This document shows positions 30,262 to 39,650 of a stretch of DNA of 64,000 nucleotides, piece by piece. Origin of the DNA: Treponema sp. GTDB lineage: Bacteria > Spirochaetota > Spirochaetia > Treponematales > Treponemataceae. The stretch covers positions 53,109 to 117,108 of the forward strand of contig JBGUQT010000043.1 in assembly GCA_045131275.1 (NCBI GenBank), given 5' to 3'. How positions within the stretch are numbered: position 1 is the first letter of the stretch; the number at the start of each line of letters is the position of its first letter. A program made the translations under genes and the position numbers. Under the pieces are notes generated by a model that was given only the letters and a program-made list of their open reading frames with translations, was not told the origin of the DNA and did not search any database.

Positions 30262-30381
30262 GCGAAAATTATAGCGCCAAAAGCCGCCTGTGTCTGTGGC
30301 CTTGCCGGCAATTTTTAATGACAAAAACGAAATTCACTGATATAATAGTTATATTAGTCCAAAACCACGGAGGCTTGAACT

Positions 30382-31749
30382 ATGATCTTTACAAAGAAAA
30401 ACTTTTTGTCAAAATTCGCATTGCCTGCGGCAATAGCCCTTGCGCTCGCGCTTTTTGTATTTTCAACTTGCGCCAACTCTTCAAGCGACGGAAGCGGAAC
30501 GAATTCAACAACAAACACTGAGACTACAACAAATACCGACAGCGGATCGACCCCTTTTGAAAAAGTAAAACTGTACTCTACGGACAATCTTGTTGTTGAC
30601 GGCGAATCAAAAGATTTTGGCTCAATGTCCGCCGCTCAAATTGTAGACGCGATGAAATTTGGCTGGAACTTGGGCAACACCCTTGACGCCTTTGCCGGCG
30701 GAGATCCTACAAATGGCTGGTCCGGACGAAACACAAGTCTCGGAAACAACACAGAGACAAATTGGGGTCAGCCCAAAACTACGCAAGCGATGATTGCCGG
30801 AATCAAGGCAAAAGGCTTTAGCTCTATCCGCATTCCTATTTCTTGGCATGACCATATAGATTCAAAATACACAATCAGCGCCTCTTGGATGAACCGAGTA
30901 AAAACTGTAGTTGACTGGGCTATCGCGGAAGGCTTGTATGTAATCATTAACGTTCACCACGACAACATCACGCCCGCGTATTGTACAGACAAATGCCACT
31001 TGGGCTACAGCCCGGCGTCTTCATGCATAAGCGAATCAAAGCGCTATCTTTACAATGTGTGGAGTCAAATTGCATTGGCTTTTAATAACGGCTACAACGA
31101 GCGCTTGATTTTTGAGACAATCAACGAGCCTCGCCTACCCGGCGACTCGCATGAATGGAACTGGGACGCAAGCTGCTCAACTTGCAAAGACGCCGCAAAA
31201 TGCGTCAACGAATTGAACCAACTTTGCTTGGACGCAATCCGCGAATCAGGCGGAAACAACGCCAAGCGCCTTGTAATGGTTCCCGCTTATGTAGCCTCCC
31301 CTGGAGCGGCCCTTAACTCCGCATTTAAGATGCCAAGCGATCCGTCAAACGAAGGCCGCCTTGCGCTTTCAGTCCATATGTATAGTCCATATGAATTTGC
31401 GATGAAAGATCCGGGAGACACAACATTTACGCAAACGCATAAAAATGCCCTTGAGGGAGAATTGTCCGCGCTCAACGAAAATTTTGTCGCAAAAGGAATT
31501 CCGGTCGTCATCGGCGAGATGGGAGCGACAAACAAAAACAACGACGAGCAGCGCAAGGCTTGGTTTGAATACTATCTTGGCAAAGTAAAGACTTACAAGA
31601 TGGCCGCAGTTCTTTGGGACAACGGCAAATGGGAAGTGCCCTCAAGCGGCAAGTTTGAAGAATTATTCGGCTACTACAAGCGTTCCGACCAAACATGGTA
31701 CTTTACCAATCCTGATTTGGTCAAAGCCGCCATCGACGCGCGCAATTAG
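30382..31749 (+). CDS. GH5 endoglucanase/xyloglucanase lipoprotein (GH5_4-like)
   Basis: Lipobox FSTC, S/T linker, GWNLGNTLDA, IRIPISW, INVHHD, FETINEP (acid/base), VIGEMG (nucleophile), LWDNG. Confidence 0.92.
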   Translation: MIFTKKNFLSKFALPAAIALALALFVFSTCANSSSDGSGTNSTTNTETTTNTDSGSTPFEKVKLYSTDNLVVDGESKDFGSMSAAQIVDAMKFGWNLGNTLDAFAGGDPTNGWSGRNTSLGNNTETNWGQPKTTQAMIAGIKAKGFSSIRIPISWHDHIDSKYTISASWMNRVKTVVDWAIAEGLYVIINVHHDNITPAYCTDKCHLGYSPASSCISESKRYLYNVWSQIALAFNNGYNERLIFETINEPRLPGDSHEWNWDASCSTCKDAAKCVNELNQLCLDAIRESGGNNAKRLVMVPAYVASPGAALNSAFKMPSDPSNEGRLALSVHMYSPYEFAMKDPGDTTFTQTHKNALEGELSALNENFVAKGIPVVIGEMGATNKNNDEQRKAWFEYYLGKVKTYKMAAVLWDNGKWEVPSSGKFEELFGYYKRSDQTWYFTNPDLVKAAIDARN

Positions 31750-31764
31750 CTACGCCTCAAATCG

Positions 31765-32652
31765 TTAAAACAATTCCGGCTGCAGCGGATCTTGCGACGC
31801 GGCCGGAAATTCTTCCATCCACTTAAAGACGGAATCCGTTCCAAGCATTATGTTGTTTCCCTCGCAGCGTCGGGCCAAGCGCGCCATAAGCTCCCGCTCG
31901 CGCGGACTGGAAACAACATAACTGTTTCCGTAAGTTTTTTGGTAGCGCTCCTTTAGGCCGGCAAAGCGTTTGTCGCGCAAGGCGGCGCGCTCAAGGGCGG
32001 CGTAAAAATATTCGCGGTTTCCTTCGCGCAGGGTAAGTCCTATTCCAAAACACAAAATCGCCTTGACGCCCGCCTCGACGCAATAATCAAAAATCGCGTC
32101 AATGTTTTCCTGCGTGTCGTTTATAAACGGAAGGAGCGGCGAAAGCCATACGACGGTTGGAATGCCAAACTTTTTGCATTCGCGCAAAACTTGGACGCGG
32201 CGGCTTGTCGGGCAAACGCTCGGCTCCAAGATTTTGCAAAGCGCGTCGTCGGCTGTTGTCAATGTCATTTGCACGACCGCCTTTGTCTTTTTGTTTATCG
32301 AAGAAAGCAAATCCAAGTCGCGCAAGACCAAATCGGATTTTGTCAAAAGCGCCGCTCCAAAATTGTAGCGGTAGATGATTTCCAAGCAGCGGCGGGTTAG
32401 GCGCAATTCCTTTTCGATCGGAACGTAAGGGTCGCCCATGCTGCCGGTTCCAATCATGCAACGCTTGCGTTTTTTGCGCAGGGCCTCTTGCAAAAGTTCC
32501 GGCGCGTTTTGCTTAACTTCGATGTCTTCAAAGTCGTGCGTGAACTGGTAGCATTTGCTCCTCGAGTCGCAGTAAACGCATCCGTGAGAGCATCCGCGAT
32601 AGATGTTCATTCCGTGAGGATTTAGAATCGACTTTGCGCTTACAAAATGCAT
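31765..32652 (-). CDS. SPL (spore photoproduct lyase)-like radical SAM protein
   Basis: NIYRGCSHGCVYCD, GSMGDPY, TKSDLVLRDLD, LEP. Confidence 0.88.
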   Translation of the reverse strand: MHFVSAKSILNPHGMNIYRGCSHGCVYCDSRSKCYQFTHDFEDIEVKQNAPELLQEALRKKRKRCMIGTGSMGDPYVPIEKELRLTRRCLEIIYRYNFGAALLTKSDLVLRDLDLLSSINKKTKAVVQMTLTTADDALCKILEPSVCPTSRRVQVLRECKKFGIPTVVWLSPLLPFINDTQENIDAIFDYCVEAGVKAILCFGIGLTLREGNREYFYAALERAALRDKRFAGLKERYQKTYGNSYVVSSPRERELMARLARRCEGNNIMLGTDSVFKWMEEFPAASQDPLQPELF

Positions 32653-32674
32653 GGCCGCCCCTTGCGTTTTCCGC

Positions 32675-33226
32675 TTATTTGGCGCAGTTCTTTTTGTGGG
32701 CCTTTAGCTTTTTTATCGCCCAGTCGTAGTGGCTTGAAGTGTTGCTTACAAAAAAGCTTCCGAGCGCGGCGCTTCCTGTCCACGGAAAATATTTTTGCGT
32801 GAACAATTCTTGGTCGCTGTATTTTTTTATCAGCTTCATTACAGCCGCGTGGCTTTGGGCAAGCAATTCTTTTGCCGTTTCTAGGCTGGTCTTTTGATGC
32901 CGCTTCCAAAACATCATGTTCATTTGGCCGTAAGTTTTCCAAGAATAGTCCGGCGGCAAAAAGGCAATCGCGGATTTTTTGTCGGTCACCTTGGCGTTGT
33001 TTTTGGGATAGGCCAACATAAGCTGGTGCCATTCGTAAAGGTGAATCAAAACATCGCGGACGTTTTTGTCGCGGCTCCAGTGCGCCTCTTTTTTGCTCGG
33101 CTGGCCGGAAAAGTCAAAGGGCGTCTTTAGCTCATTCGGGCTAAGGCCGTCAACCATTTGCATCAGTGTCTTGTAGTTTTGATCGGCGGCTTTCAACAGT
33201 TCGTCTTTTGTTTTGGGTCTTGGCAT
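32675..33226 (-). CDS. ClbS/DfsB family four-helix bundle protein (DUF1706)
   Basis: MPRPKTKDELL, RDKNVRDVLIHLYEWH, NTSSHYDWAIKK. Confidence 0.85.
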   Translation of the reverse strand: MPRPKTKDELLKAADQNYKTLMQMVDGLSPNELKTPFDFSGQPSKKEAHWSRDKNVRDVLIHLYEWHQLMLAYPKNNAKVTDKKSAIAFLPPDYSWKTYGQMNMMFWKRHQKTSLETAKELLAQSHAAVMKLIKKYSDQELFTQKYFPWTGSAALGSFFVSNTSSHYDWAIKKLKAHKKNCAK

Positions 33227-33259
33227 ATCTATCTCCTTGCGCTTTTATTATAGCGCGCT

Positions 33260-33508
33260 TTAAGCTTTTTTGTGGGCCGTGATTATTGTCCAGCTGTAGG
33301 CGTTCACGGTAACGACGCAGCCGTCAATAGCGGCGTACCAATTCTTTCCCTTGCGCTCGATGGAGGCGGCGGGGGATTCGATTTTGGCGCGGCACCATGC
33401 GACAACATCCTTTATATCGTCGCCAAGCGCAAGGTTCCGGCGGATCCGGTCTACGCCCATCGGAGTTGTGTGAAGCTTTTCGATGTTTTGCAAGAGTTCG
33501 TTTTTCAT
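33260..33508 (-). CDS. DUF3781 family protein
   Basis: LHTTPMGVDRIRRNL, RKGKNWY, TVNAYSWTIITAHK. Confidence 0.8.
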   Translation of the reverse strand: MKNELLQNIEKLHTTPMGVDRIRRNLALGDDIKDVVAWCRAKIESPAASIERKGKNWYAAIDGCVVTVNAYSWTIITAHKKA

Positions 33509-34152
33509 TATATTTTCCTTACCGGATGGCGTATCACGGTCTTTAGTTTTTCCGGCGCGGTTTTGCGCGGGTCGCTCAAGTATATTTCATGGTGGAGCCG
33601 AGTAGCTGAAAAGTTTAGCGCATAGCCGTTGGAGGCGGCAAAGTCGTCCATCAATTTTACGGTCGCAGGCTCCGCGTCGTATGAGCCTGTGTGCATTACT
33701 TGAACGCATAGGCCTTCTTTTATCGAAAGCAATTCCGCGCTCGAGCAGTCGATGCCTTTCTTTTTTGCCGCCGTTTCCTTGGCCCATTCAAAATCTTTTT
33801 TTGTCACAAAGTCTGGAAGGCGTATCGCGGAAATCCAATAGAAAGAAGATTTGTCCGCGTAGTCAAAGCCCGCGACAACCTCTCCGTTTTTCTCCTGCCA
33901 CCAAAAGCCTTCGAGCGGCGGAACGACATAGTCAAAGTAGCCGTCAATCCGATGGTCGCCCTTTTTGCTCATTTTTATTGTGTACGAAATCGCGTACAAA
34001 ACGGCAAGGGCGGCCTTATATTCGCCGTCTTCTTCGTTTGGGTTTCCGTGGCCGCGCACCGCGACAAACTGCATTTTGGGAACGTCCACAATTTGCGGCT
34101 TGGCGGGCGGAAGGTAAAATTCCTTGAATTCCTTTTTGAAGTCAAACGCCAT
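33508..34152 (-). CDS. GyrI-like small-molecule-binding protein
   Basis: FDFKKEFKEFY, YVVPPLEGFW, MHTGSYD.E, HHEIYLSDPR, TVIRHP. Confidence 0.85.
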   Translation of the reverse strand: MAFDFKKEFKEFYLPPAKPQIVDVPKMQFVAVRGHGNPNEEDGEYKAALAVLYAISYTIKMSKKGDHRIDGYFDYVVPPLEGFWWQEKNGEVVAGFDYADKSSFYWISAIRLPDFVTKKDFEWAKETAAKKKGIDCSSAELLSIKEGLCVQVMHTGSYDAEPATVKLMDDFAASNGYALNFSATRLHHEIYLSDPRKTAPEKLKTVIRHPVRKI

Positions 34153-34813
34153 AATCGCCTCCTTGGATTTTATCTGAAAATTCTTCCAGCAATTCATGCT
34201 TGTAAACTTTTGGGCGGGTGGAGTCGCGGACGATTTTCCAGAGGGCGGCGGCGGTTTTGAGTTTGTTTGGAAAAGCCGTGGACGCGGGGTCGGAGCAAAA
34301 GTCTTTTACGAATTTGTTCCATTGCAACGAAACCTTGTCGTAGCGCGCGTAGGTCTTTTTGCCGTAGTAAACGTCCAAGAGATCGCCGAGAGTAAAAGAC
34401 GCGTCGCCGTCTTGCTTTACTTTTTTCGCCGTGGCCACCATGTCCACGTTGAACTTAAAGTTTTGGACACCGGTTTGGGAACGGAAAAAGTCGCGGAAGC
34501 GGGGGCCAAAGGTAAAGCCGCAGGCGATAAGGCCGGTTGACAGCGAAAGGTTTGCCGCCGCCCGATTTTTGGGCTTGCAAGACGCGCCGGGGCTGCCGCC
34601 CGCGCATCCCTGTCTTTCCGCCGTTTTTCGTGGCTTGGGCGCAATCTTATTCCCCCTAAAATATTCTTCAATAACGCGGTTCAATTCCGCCTTCATTCCG
34701 CTGGAATCAAGGCCAAGGCCCTTGCAAATTTTTTGCAGTTCCTCGCGATACCAATAGTATTTTGAAAATTCTTCAAAAGAGGCAATGTCCTTAAATTGCG
34801 GCCTAGCGTTCAT
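34142..34813 (-). CDS. SAP-domain / DUF6434-like protein
   Basis: YYWYREELQKICKGLGL..SGMKAEL..IEEYF SAP-like motif; FRDFF...FKFN, QWNKFVKDF. Confidence 0.7.
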   Translation of the reverse strand: MNARPQFKDIASFEEFSKYYWYREELQKICKGLGLDSSGMKAELNRVIEEYFRGNKIAPKPRKTAERQGCAGGSPGASCKPKNRAAANLSLSTGLIACGFTFGPRFRDFFRSQTGVQNFKFNVDMVATAKKVKQDGDASFTLGDLLDVYYGKKTYARYDKVSLQWNKFVKDFCSDPASTAFPNKLKTAAALWKIVRDSTRPKVYKHELLEEFSDKIQGGDYGV

Positions 34814-34857
34814 GCCTTAATTATAGCGCGCAAAATATGACAAGAGCGTGTCATATT

Positions 34858-35475
34858 TCATTTAATTTCTTTCTTAAAAATATAAGTTTTGTAATTTTCA
34901 TGCTCGTCGCTAAATGGTTCGTAAACGTCTTCTTGAACGAGGGTAAAGCCGCGCTTGACGTACCATTGCCAATTGCAGTCGCAGTCGGTGTAAAGGTAAA
35001 TGTTTTTATAACCTTCGCCGCGAAACTTTTCGTACAAGCGGTCAAAAATCAAGGCGCCGCAGCCGGGTTTTCTGCTGACAAAGAGCGAAAGCTTTATGTC
35101 GCCGTCGTTCATAAGCGAAAAAGTTTTTTTGTCCAAAAGGGAGATGTAATCATGGCTCATCTTGGACGCGATTTTCAAATTGTCGGGATATTTTTTTGAC
35201 GCTTCCGCAAACCATTCTTCCGCCTTGCTTTTCTCTCCCTTTCTTGCCATGAATGCGGCGGAAAGCAAAGTTCCGTCTGAAGCGTCAACAAGCTGGTAAT
35301 TTTGGTCGTTGTCAAAAATGTTCATGCGAACGATATACTCAACGTTGAATCTTTTAAATTCCGCGTCGCCGATTGGCGGGCTCCAAAGCGGAACAACCAC
35401 GTCAACAACAAGCGGAAGGTTTTTCGTTTCAAACGGTTCAAGTCTAGTGTTTTCTGCAGTAAATTTGTTTTCCAT
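34858..35475 (-). CDS. GNAT-fold hypothetical protein
   Basis: LFVSRKPGCG, YLYTDCDCNWQWYVKRGF resemble a GNAT C-terminal half. Confidence 0.6.
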   Translation of the reverse strand: MENKFTAENTRLEPFETKNLPLVVDVVVPLWSPPIGDAEFKRFNVEYIVRMNIFDNDQNYQLVDASDGTLLSAAFMARKGEKSKAEEWFAEASKKYPDNLKIASKMSHDYISLLDKKTFSLMNDGDIKLSLFVSRKPGCGALIFDRLYEKFRGEGYKNIYLYTDCDCNWQWYVKRGFTLVQEDVYEPFSDEHENYKTYIFKKEIK

Positions 35476-35479
35476 AAAA

Positions 35480-36394
35480 TTATTTATACACCTTTGCGGT
35501 CTCTTCCGCAAGGCTCAGGATTTTTTTCTTGATTGATTCCGGCGACAAAACTTTTAGGTCGGGGCCAAACGACAAAAGAAAGTCGCAAAGCCAAGGCTCG
35601 TCCGGCGCAACAAACACGACGCTCGCGCTTTTGTCCTTGCGGACTTTCATTTCTTGGCAAACAAAGGCGTCAAGCAAAAAAGAAATTTTTTGCGCGGCGA
35701 CCGTCGCTTTTACTTTTATCATTTGCGGCTTTGAGTTTGCGGGATAAGAATTATTTTTTTCTTTTGGAACGGCTGTAACGGCGCGGGCTGTTTGCCTGAC
35801 GTTCCGCATTCGGCTAAGCTTAAAAAAACGCTCTTCCTTTTTTTGCTCGCACCAAGCGTACAAATACCAAGCCTGTCCTCTAAAGACAAGCTTCCAAGGC
35901 TGCGCAGTCCTTCGCTCAACTTTTCCTTGGGTGGAACAGTAGTCAAAAACCACTTGCCGTTTTTTTAGGATTGAATCGCGCAAGGTGGCAAAGAGCGTTC
36001 GCACTTCCGAGCCTTCCGGGCTCCACGGGGCAAAGTCAACTTCCAGCCAGTCCGCGTCGTTTTTTGAAAGGCTTGAAATTTTTGACGCGACCTTCGCTGC
36101 GGCTGTTCCCGCAAAGTTTCCGCCAAGGCTTCCCAGCGCCTTTACGCTGGAAACAATCGCAAGCCGCTCTTCTTCGGAAAACAGCCGCTTGTCCAGCGTG
36201 TAACTTTCTTCGATCGCGATTCCGCCGCCGCGGCCTTTTAACGCGTAGACCGGCACGCCAGAAACGCTAAGCGCTTCCATCCAGCGGTAGATTGTCCGCG
36301 TACTAACGCCAAAGCGCTTGGCCATTTCTTTTGCGGTCGCTTGCTTTTTGTCAATCAGAACGTAAACAAATTCAAAAAGTTGGTCGATTTGCAT
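35480..36394 (-). CDS. YafY-family HTH-WYL-WCX transcriptional regulator
   Basis: AKRFGVSTRTIYR, GRGGG, PWKLVFRGQAWYLYAWC, RFFKLSRM, LLSFG. Confidence 0.92.
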   Translation of the reverse strand: MQIDQLFEFVYVLIDKKQATAKEMAKRFGVSTRTIYRWMEALSVSGVPVYALKGRGGGIAIEESYTLDKRLFSEEERLAIVSSVKALGSLGGNFAGTAAAKVASKISSLSKNDADWLEVDFAPWSPEGSEVRTLFATLRDSILKKRQVVFDYCSTQGKVERRTAQPWKLVFRGQAWYLYAWCEQKKEERFFKLSRMRNVRQTARAVTAVPKEKNNSYPANSKPQMIKVKATVAAQKISFLLDAFVCQEMKVRKDKSASVVFVAPDEPWLCDFLLSFGPDLKVLSPESIKKKILSLAEETAKVYK

Positions 36395-36396
36395 TT

Positions 36397-36843
36397 CTAA
36401 CTGTTCTTTCTTGCCTTAAGCTTTTCGTTTATTTTTTTCGCCTCATTAAAGTCAAACATATAAACACAAAATGTGACCAAAAGATAAATCAAAACGAACA
36501 TCGCTTCCATCACAAGAATCGACTTAAGCTCTTTTTTGAACCAGTTAAGGTAAAAGCCCGTCGCGCAAACCGTCGCGTTAATTATCGCAAAATACAAAAC
36601 TTGCAAGAGCGCGTTTTCTTTTGCGCTCAAATTCTTTTTAATGTAAAAAATTCCAAAGGCAAGGCCCGAAACCGCTCCGATAAAAATCACGCCCCAAATG
36701 TCGTCAATTCCCATCATAAGATTTCCGCTTGGATTGAAAAATTTCCTAAAGAGCGCGATGAAAACAAAAATCAAAGTGACGACGCGGGCGCAAATGTTTA
36801 TCATCACAGGAAACATGTCGCTTTTATTCTCTGAACAGTTCAT
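36397..36843 (-). CDS. DUF3021-like membrane protein (LytTR-system inhibitor type)
   Basis: Four TM helices, C-terminal AKKINEKL; ATGA-coupled to LytTR gene. Confidence 0.7.
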   Translation of the reverse strand: MNCSENKSDMFPVMINICARVVTLIFVFIALFRKFFNPSGNLMMGIDDIWGVIFIGAVSGLAFGIFYIKKNLSAKENALLQVLYFAIINATVCATGFYLNWFKKELKSILVMEAMFVLIYLLVTFCVYMFDFNEAKKINEKLKARKNS

Positions 36844-37277
36844 AGGCCCAACCTCTCTTTCAACTCATTCAAATAATTTCTGGAAACAACAACCTTGTAG
36901 CCGTTTTCCAATATCACCTCAAAGCGGCCGCCAAAGACCGGCGCAAGGCTGTCGATTTTGTCAAGGTTCACAATCACCGCTTTGCTGGCCCTAAAGAAGG
37001 CGCTGACAGGCAATTCCTCTTCCAACTGGTACAGCTTGGCTTTTGTTTCGTAAACGCTGTCCTTTGTGTAGGCAAAAACTTTGTCGTCAACCGACTCAAA
37101 GTACAACACTTCCGACGGCTCCACCAAAACAATTTTTGAATCCTTGTAAAAATTCATTTTGCCTTTGCCAGTCTTAAATTGGTTGATAAGCCTTGTCAGT
37201 TTTTCGTCAAGCTGGTCGCACTTTACGATTATCTCGTCTTCTTCGCCAGGCTGTTTTTCCAGAATCGTTACCTTCAT
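36840..37277 (-). CDS. Stand-alone LytTR regulator
   Basis: VLYFESVD, KLYQLEEEL, FFRASKAVIVNL, LENG..VVSRNY. Confidence 0.9.
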   Translation of the reverse strand: MKVTILEKQPGEEDEIIVKCDQLDEKLTRLINQFKTGKGKMNFYKDSKIVLVEPSEVLYFESVDDKVFAYTKDSVYETKAKLYQLEEELPVSAFFRASKAVIVNLDKIDSLAPVFGGRFEVILENGYKVVVSRNYLNELKERLGL

Positions 37278-37290
37278 TTTCTCCTCAGGC

Positions 37291-38463
37291 TCATTCTAGC
37301 GCCTTTTTTGCTTCTTGCAAAGCGATGAACGCGTTTGATTCCTTTTTGCATTTTTTGTAGCATTCACAAGCCATCGCGTAACAATAAGCCTTTAAGATTT
37401 TATTGTTGGAAAGATTCGCGACCTTTATAAAATCGTTGGCTCCAACCTCGGACTTTTTAAATACCATCTCGGGAACGGAAGCGCTAACCGACGCGCGGTT
37501 CATCAAAACTTCGATCTCGCCTTCTTGGCCTTCGCAAAGCTCCGCGGCCTTGTCCAAATAAACGTAAGCCTCTTTTACAAGCTTCATCGCCTTTAGCGCG
37601 GAAGACTCGCCGCCTTTTTTTGCAAGCCAAGAGCCGTAGTTGGCAAGGCTTATGTAATCGTTAGGATTCTGCTCAATCTTTTTACCATACTCTTCAAGGG
37701 CCGCGTTTATTGCAACCATTGGATCTGTGCCGTCGTCGGAACTGTCGGAAGCGCCATTATTGTTGAAGGCGGCGTCGTACATTTTCTTGACGCGCTCGAT
37801 AAAGGCTTCGTCTTCCGCATCCTTTCCCTTGTCCTTTTTTTTCGCGACCATTCTCGCTTCAATAGGAACGGTGTCCGCAGCTTGAGAAGCGCCTCCAGCC
37901 GCGCCGCCAAAATCAAAGTAGTGCCAAGTTTTTTTGGAAGCCAAAAGAGCTTGAAGCCGCTTGTCCTGCAAGGGAATTCTAGCCTTTACTTGCTCGCCTC
38001 CGTTCAACGGATAGATTTCCGCGGCGCAAATATAAGAGCCGTCGTTGTCGTAAACTTGTCCCTGCGCGCCGTCAATTTTAAGCGCGAAATTCCAAGCTTG
38101 CTTGCCGCGAGCCATGTTGTCGGCGGCGATGTAAACGACCGAATCTTTTTGCGCGGCCGCTCCGTTATAGTTAAAAACAACTTGCCAGTATTCCGAAGAC
38201 TTTTGCCAGCGCGCTCCAGTCACCGGCTGATGAACAGTGTAGCAAACCAAGCCGCCTTTTTCGCTTGCGTTTCCAATCGGATCGACAATCTCTTCTGCGA
38301 CAAGGCCGCCCGTGTAAGTCGGGTCAACATGCAAAAAGCTTCCGATAAAGTTTGCAGGAACTTCCGAAAAGACAAAGAACATCGGAACTCCCAAAATGCA
38401 AATCAACGCAGTCTTTGCGACCCTGCATCCATGCAAAATTTTTTTTACGTTTTCTAATTTCAT
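37291..38463 (-). CDS. Membrane-anchored hypothetical protein with C-terminal TPR-like helices
   Basis: N-terminal TM; helical C-terminus (NPNDYISLANYG...YLDKAAE). Confidence 0.6.
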   Translation of the reverse strand: MKLENVKKILHGCRVAKTALICILGVPMFFVFSEVPANFIGSFLHVDPTYTGGLVAEEIVDPIGNASEKGGLVCYTVHQPVTGARWQKSSEYWQVVFNYNGAAAQKDSVVYIAADNMARGKQAWNFALKIDGAQGQVYDNDGSYICAAEIYPLNGGEQVKARIPLQDKRLQALLASKKTWHYFDFGGAAGGASQAADTVPIEARMVAKKKDKGKDAEDEAFIERVKKMYDAAFNNNGASDSSDDGTDPMVAINAALEEYGKKIEQNPNDYISLANYGSWLAKKGGESSALKAMKLVKEAYVYLDKAAELCEGQEGEIEVLMNRASVSASVPEMVFKKSEVGANDFIKVANLSNNKILKAYCYAMACECYKKCKKESNAFIALQEAKKALE

Positions 38464-39650
38464 TTTATTCCTCCAATTAAATTAAATACAAGGTTAAGGC
38501 TTTTTATCATAAAGCCTGACGACATAATCGTGGCAAAGCTAAAGGCGGCAAACCTAAAAAGCTGGGCTGGATACAAAAGATCTTGGACAACGCGGCCAAA
38601 GGCTGTTTTTGGCGCGGCGGAACTTGAGCAACTGCCAGCGCAAGATTTGCCGGCGTTAAACTTAAAGTCGTAGCTTATCGCTTTTTGCGGACACACTCCG
38701 ACGCACTCGCCGCACTTTGCGCAAGTGATTTCCGGCCTGCCCTTTTTGTCTTGAATCGTCTTTATGTCAATCGCGCTAAAAGGACATACGCTCGCGCACT
38801 TCATGCATCCGACGCACTTTTCCGTGTCGATCTTCATCCTAAAGGCGCTAAAGCGGTCGGTAAGCGAAGCGAACGCTCCAAAGGGACAAAGGGTACTGCA
38901 TTGCGTTCGCTTTTTTGTAAGAATCGGAAGAACGACTACAAGGCCGACGAACAAGCCGACAAAAATTATTGTCGCGACCAGACTTGGAATTGAATTGACC
39001 GGACTGTATTCCGTCACAAGTTTGAAGGGGCAGAACCATTCGCAATAAATGCATGCCATTTGGCAAAGCGACGCAAGAACGATAAAAAAGAAAAAGCCAA
39101 AATGCAATTCCCTAAGCTCCTTGTTTTTTGGAAGGAGCTTTATGCGCGGCTTTTTTGCCACATGCGAAAATCCTTCTTCCCAGCCGCCGTAAAAGCAAAC
39201 CCAAGAGCACCATCCGCGGCCAAGAATCAGCGTGCATACAAGCCAAATCATAATCATGCTGGCGACGGCGGCGTAGTGGCCGGAGATTCTTGCCGGGAAA
39301 ATTATGTTCTTTGTCACAAGGAGCGGAAGCAGCGCTTGCGGAATCGCGATGTGGCAAAAGGGAAGCTCCGCGTTGCTCATCGCCTGCGAGGTGATCGCCA
39401 TGCTTCCGCGCTCGGCGTAAAGGTCGGAGATAAAGGCCGCGCAAAATCCGACGGCAAAGACAGTTTGAAATATGCGGCGGAAAATCACTCCGCTTCCCTT
39501 TTTCTTTCGCTCGCTAAAAGTCATTCCCGCAAAAAGCGCGATTAAAAAAACTGAATACACAAAGCTTGCCAAAGAAAAGCCGTCCATTCCCGCGACAAAA
39601 AAAATCACGACGAACGACATCATCAAAGTCAAAATAAAACTTGCGATCAT
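38460..39650 (-). CDS. Membrane 4Fe-4S binding protein (NapH/MauN-like polyferredoxin)
   Basis: GRGWCSWVC, YCEWFCP, CSTLCPFG, CVGCMKCASVCP, CAKCGECVGVCP. Confidence 0.88.
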   Translation of the reverse strand: MIASFILTLMMSFVVIFFVAGMDGFSLASFVYSVFLIALFAGMTFSERKKKGSGVIFRRIFQTVFAVGFCAAFISDLYAERGSMAITSQAMSNAELPFCHIAIPQALLPLLVTKNIIFPARISGHYAAVASMIMIWLVCTLILGRGWCSWVCFYGGWEEGFSHVAKKPRIKLLPKNKELRELHFGFFFFIVLASLCQMACIYCEWFCPFKLVTEYSPVNSIPSLVATIIFVGLFVGLVVVLPILTKKRTQCSTLCPFGAFASLTDRFSAFRMKIDTEKCVGCMKCASVCPFSAIDIKTIQDKKGRPEITCAKCGECVGVCPQKAISYDFKFNAGKSCAGSCSSSAAPKTAFGRVVQDLLYPAQLFRFAAFSFATIMSSGFMIKSLNLVFNLIGGIK

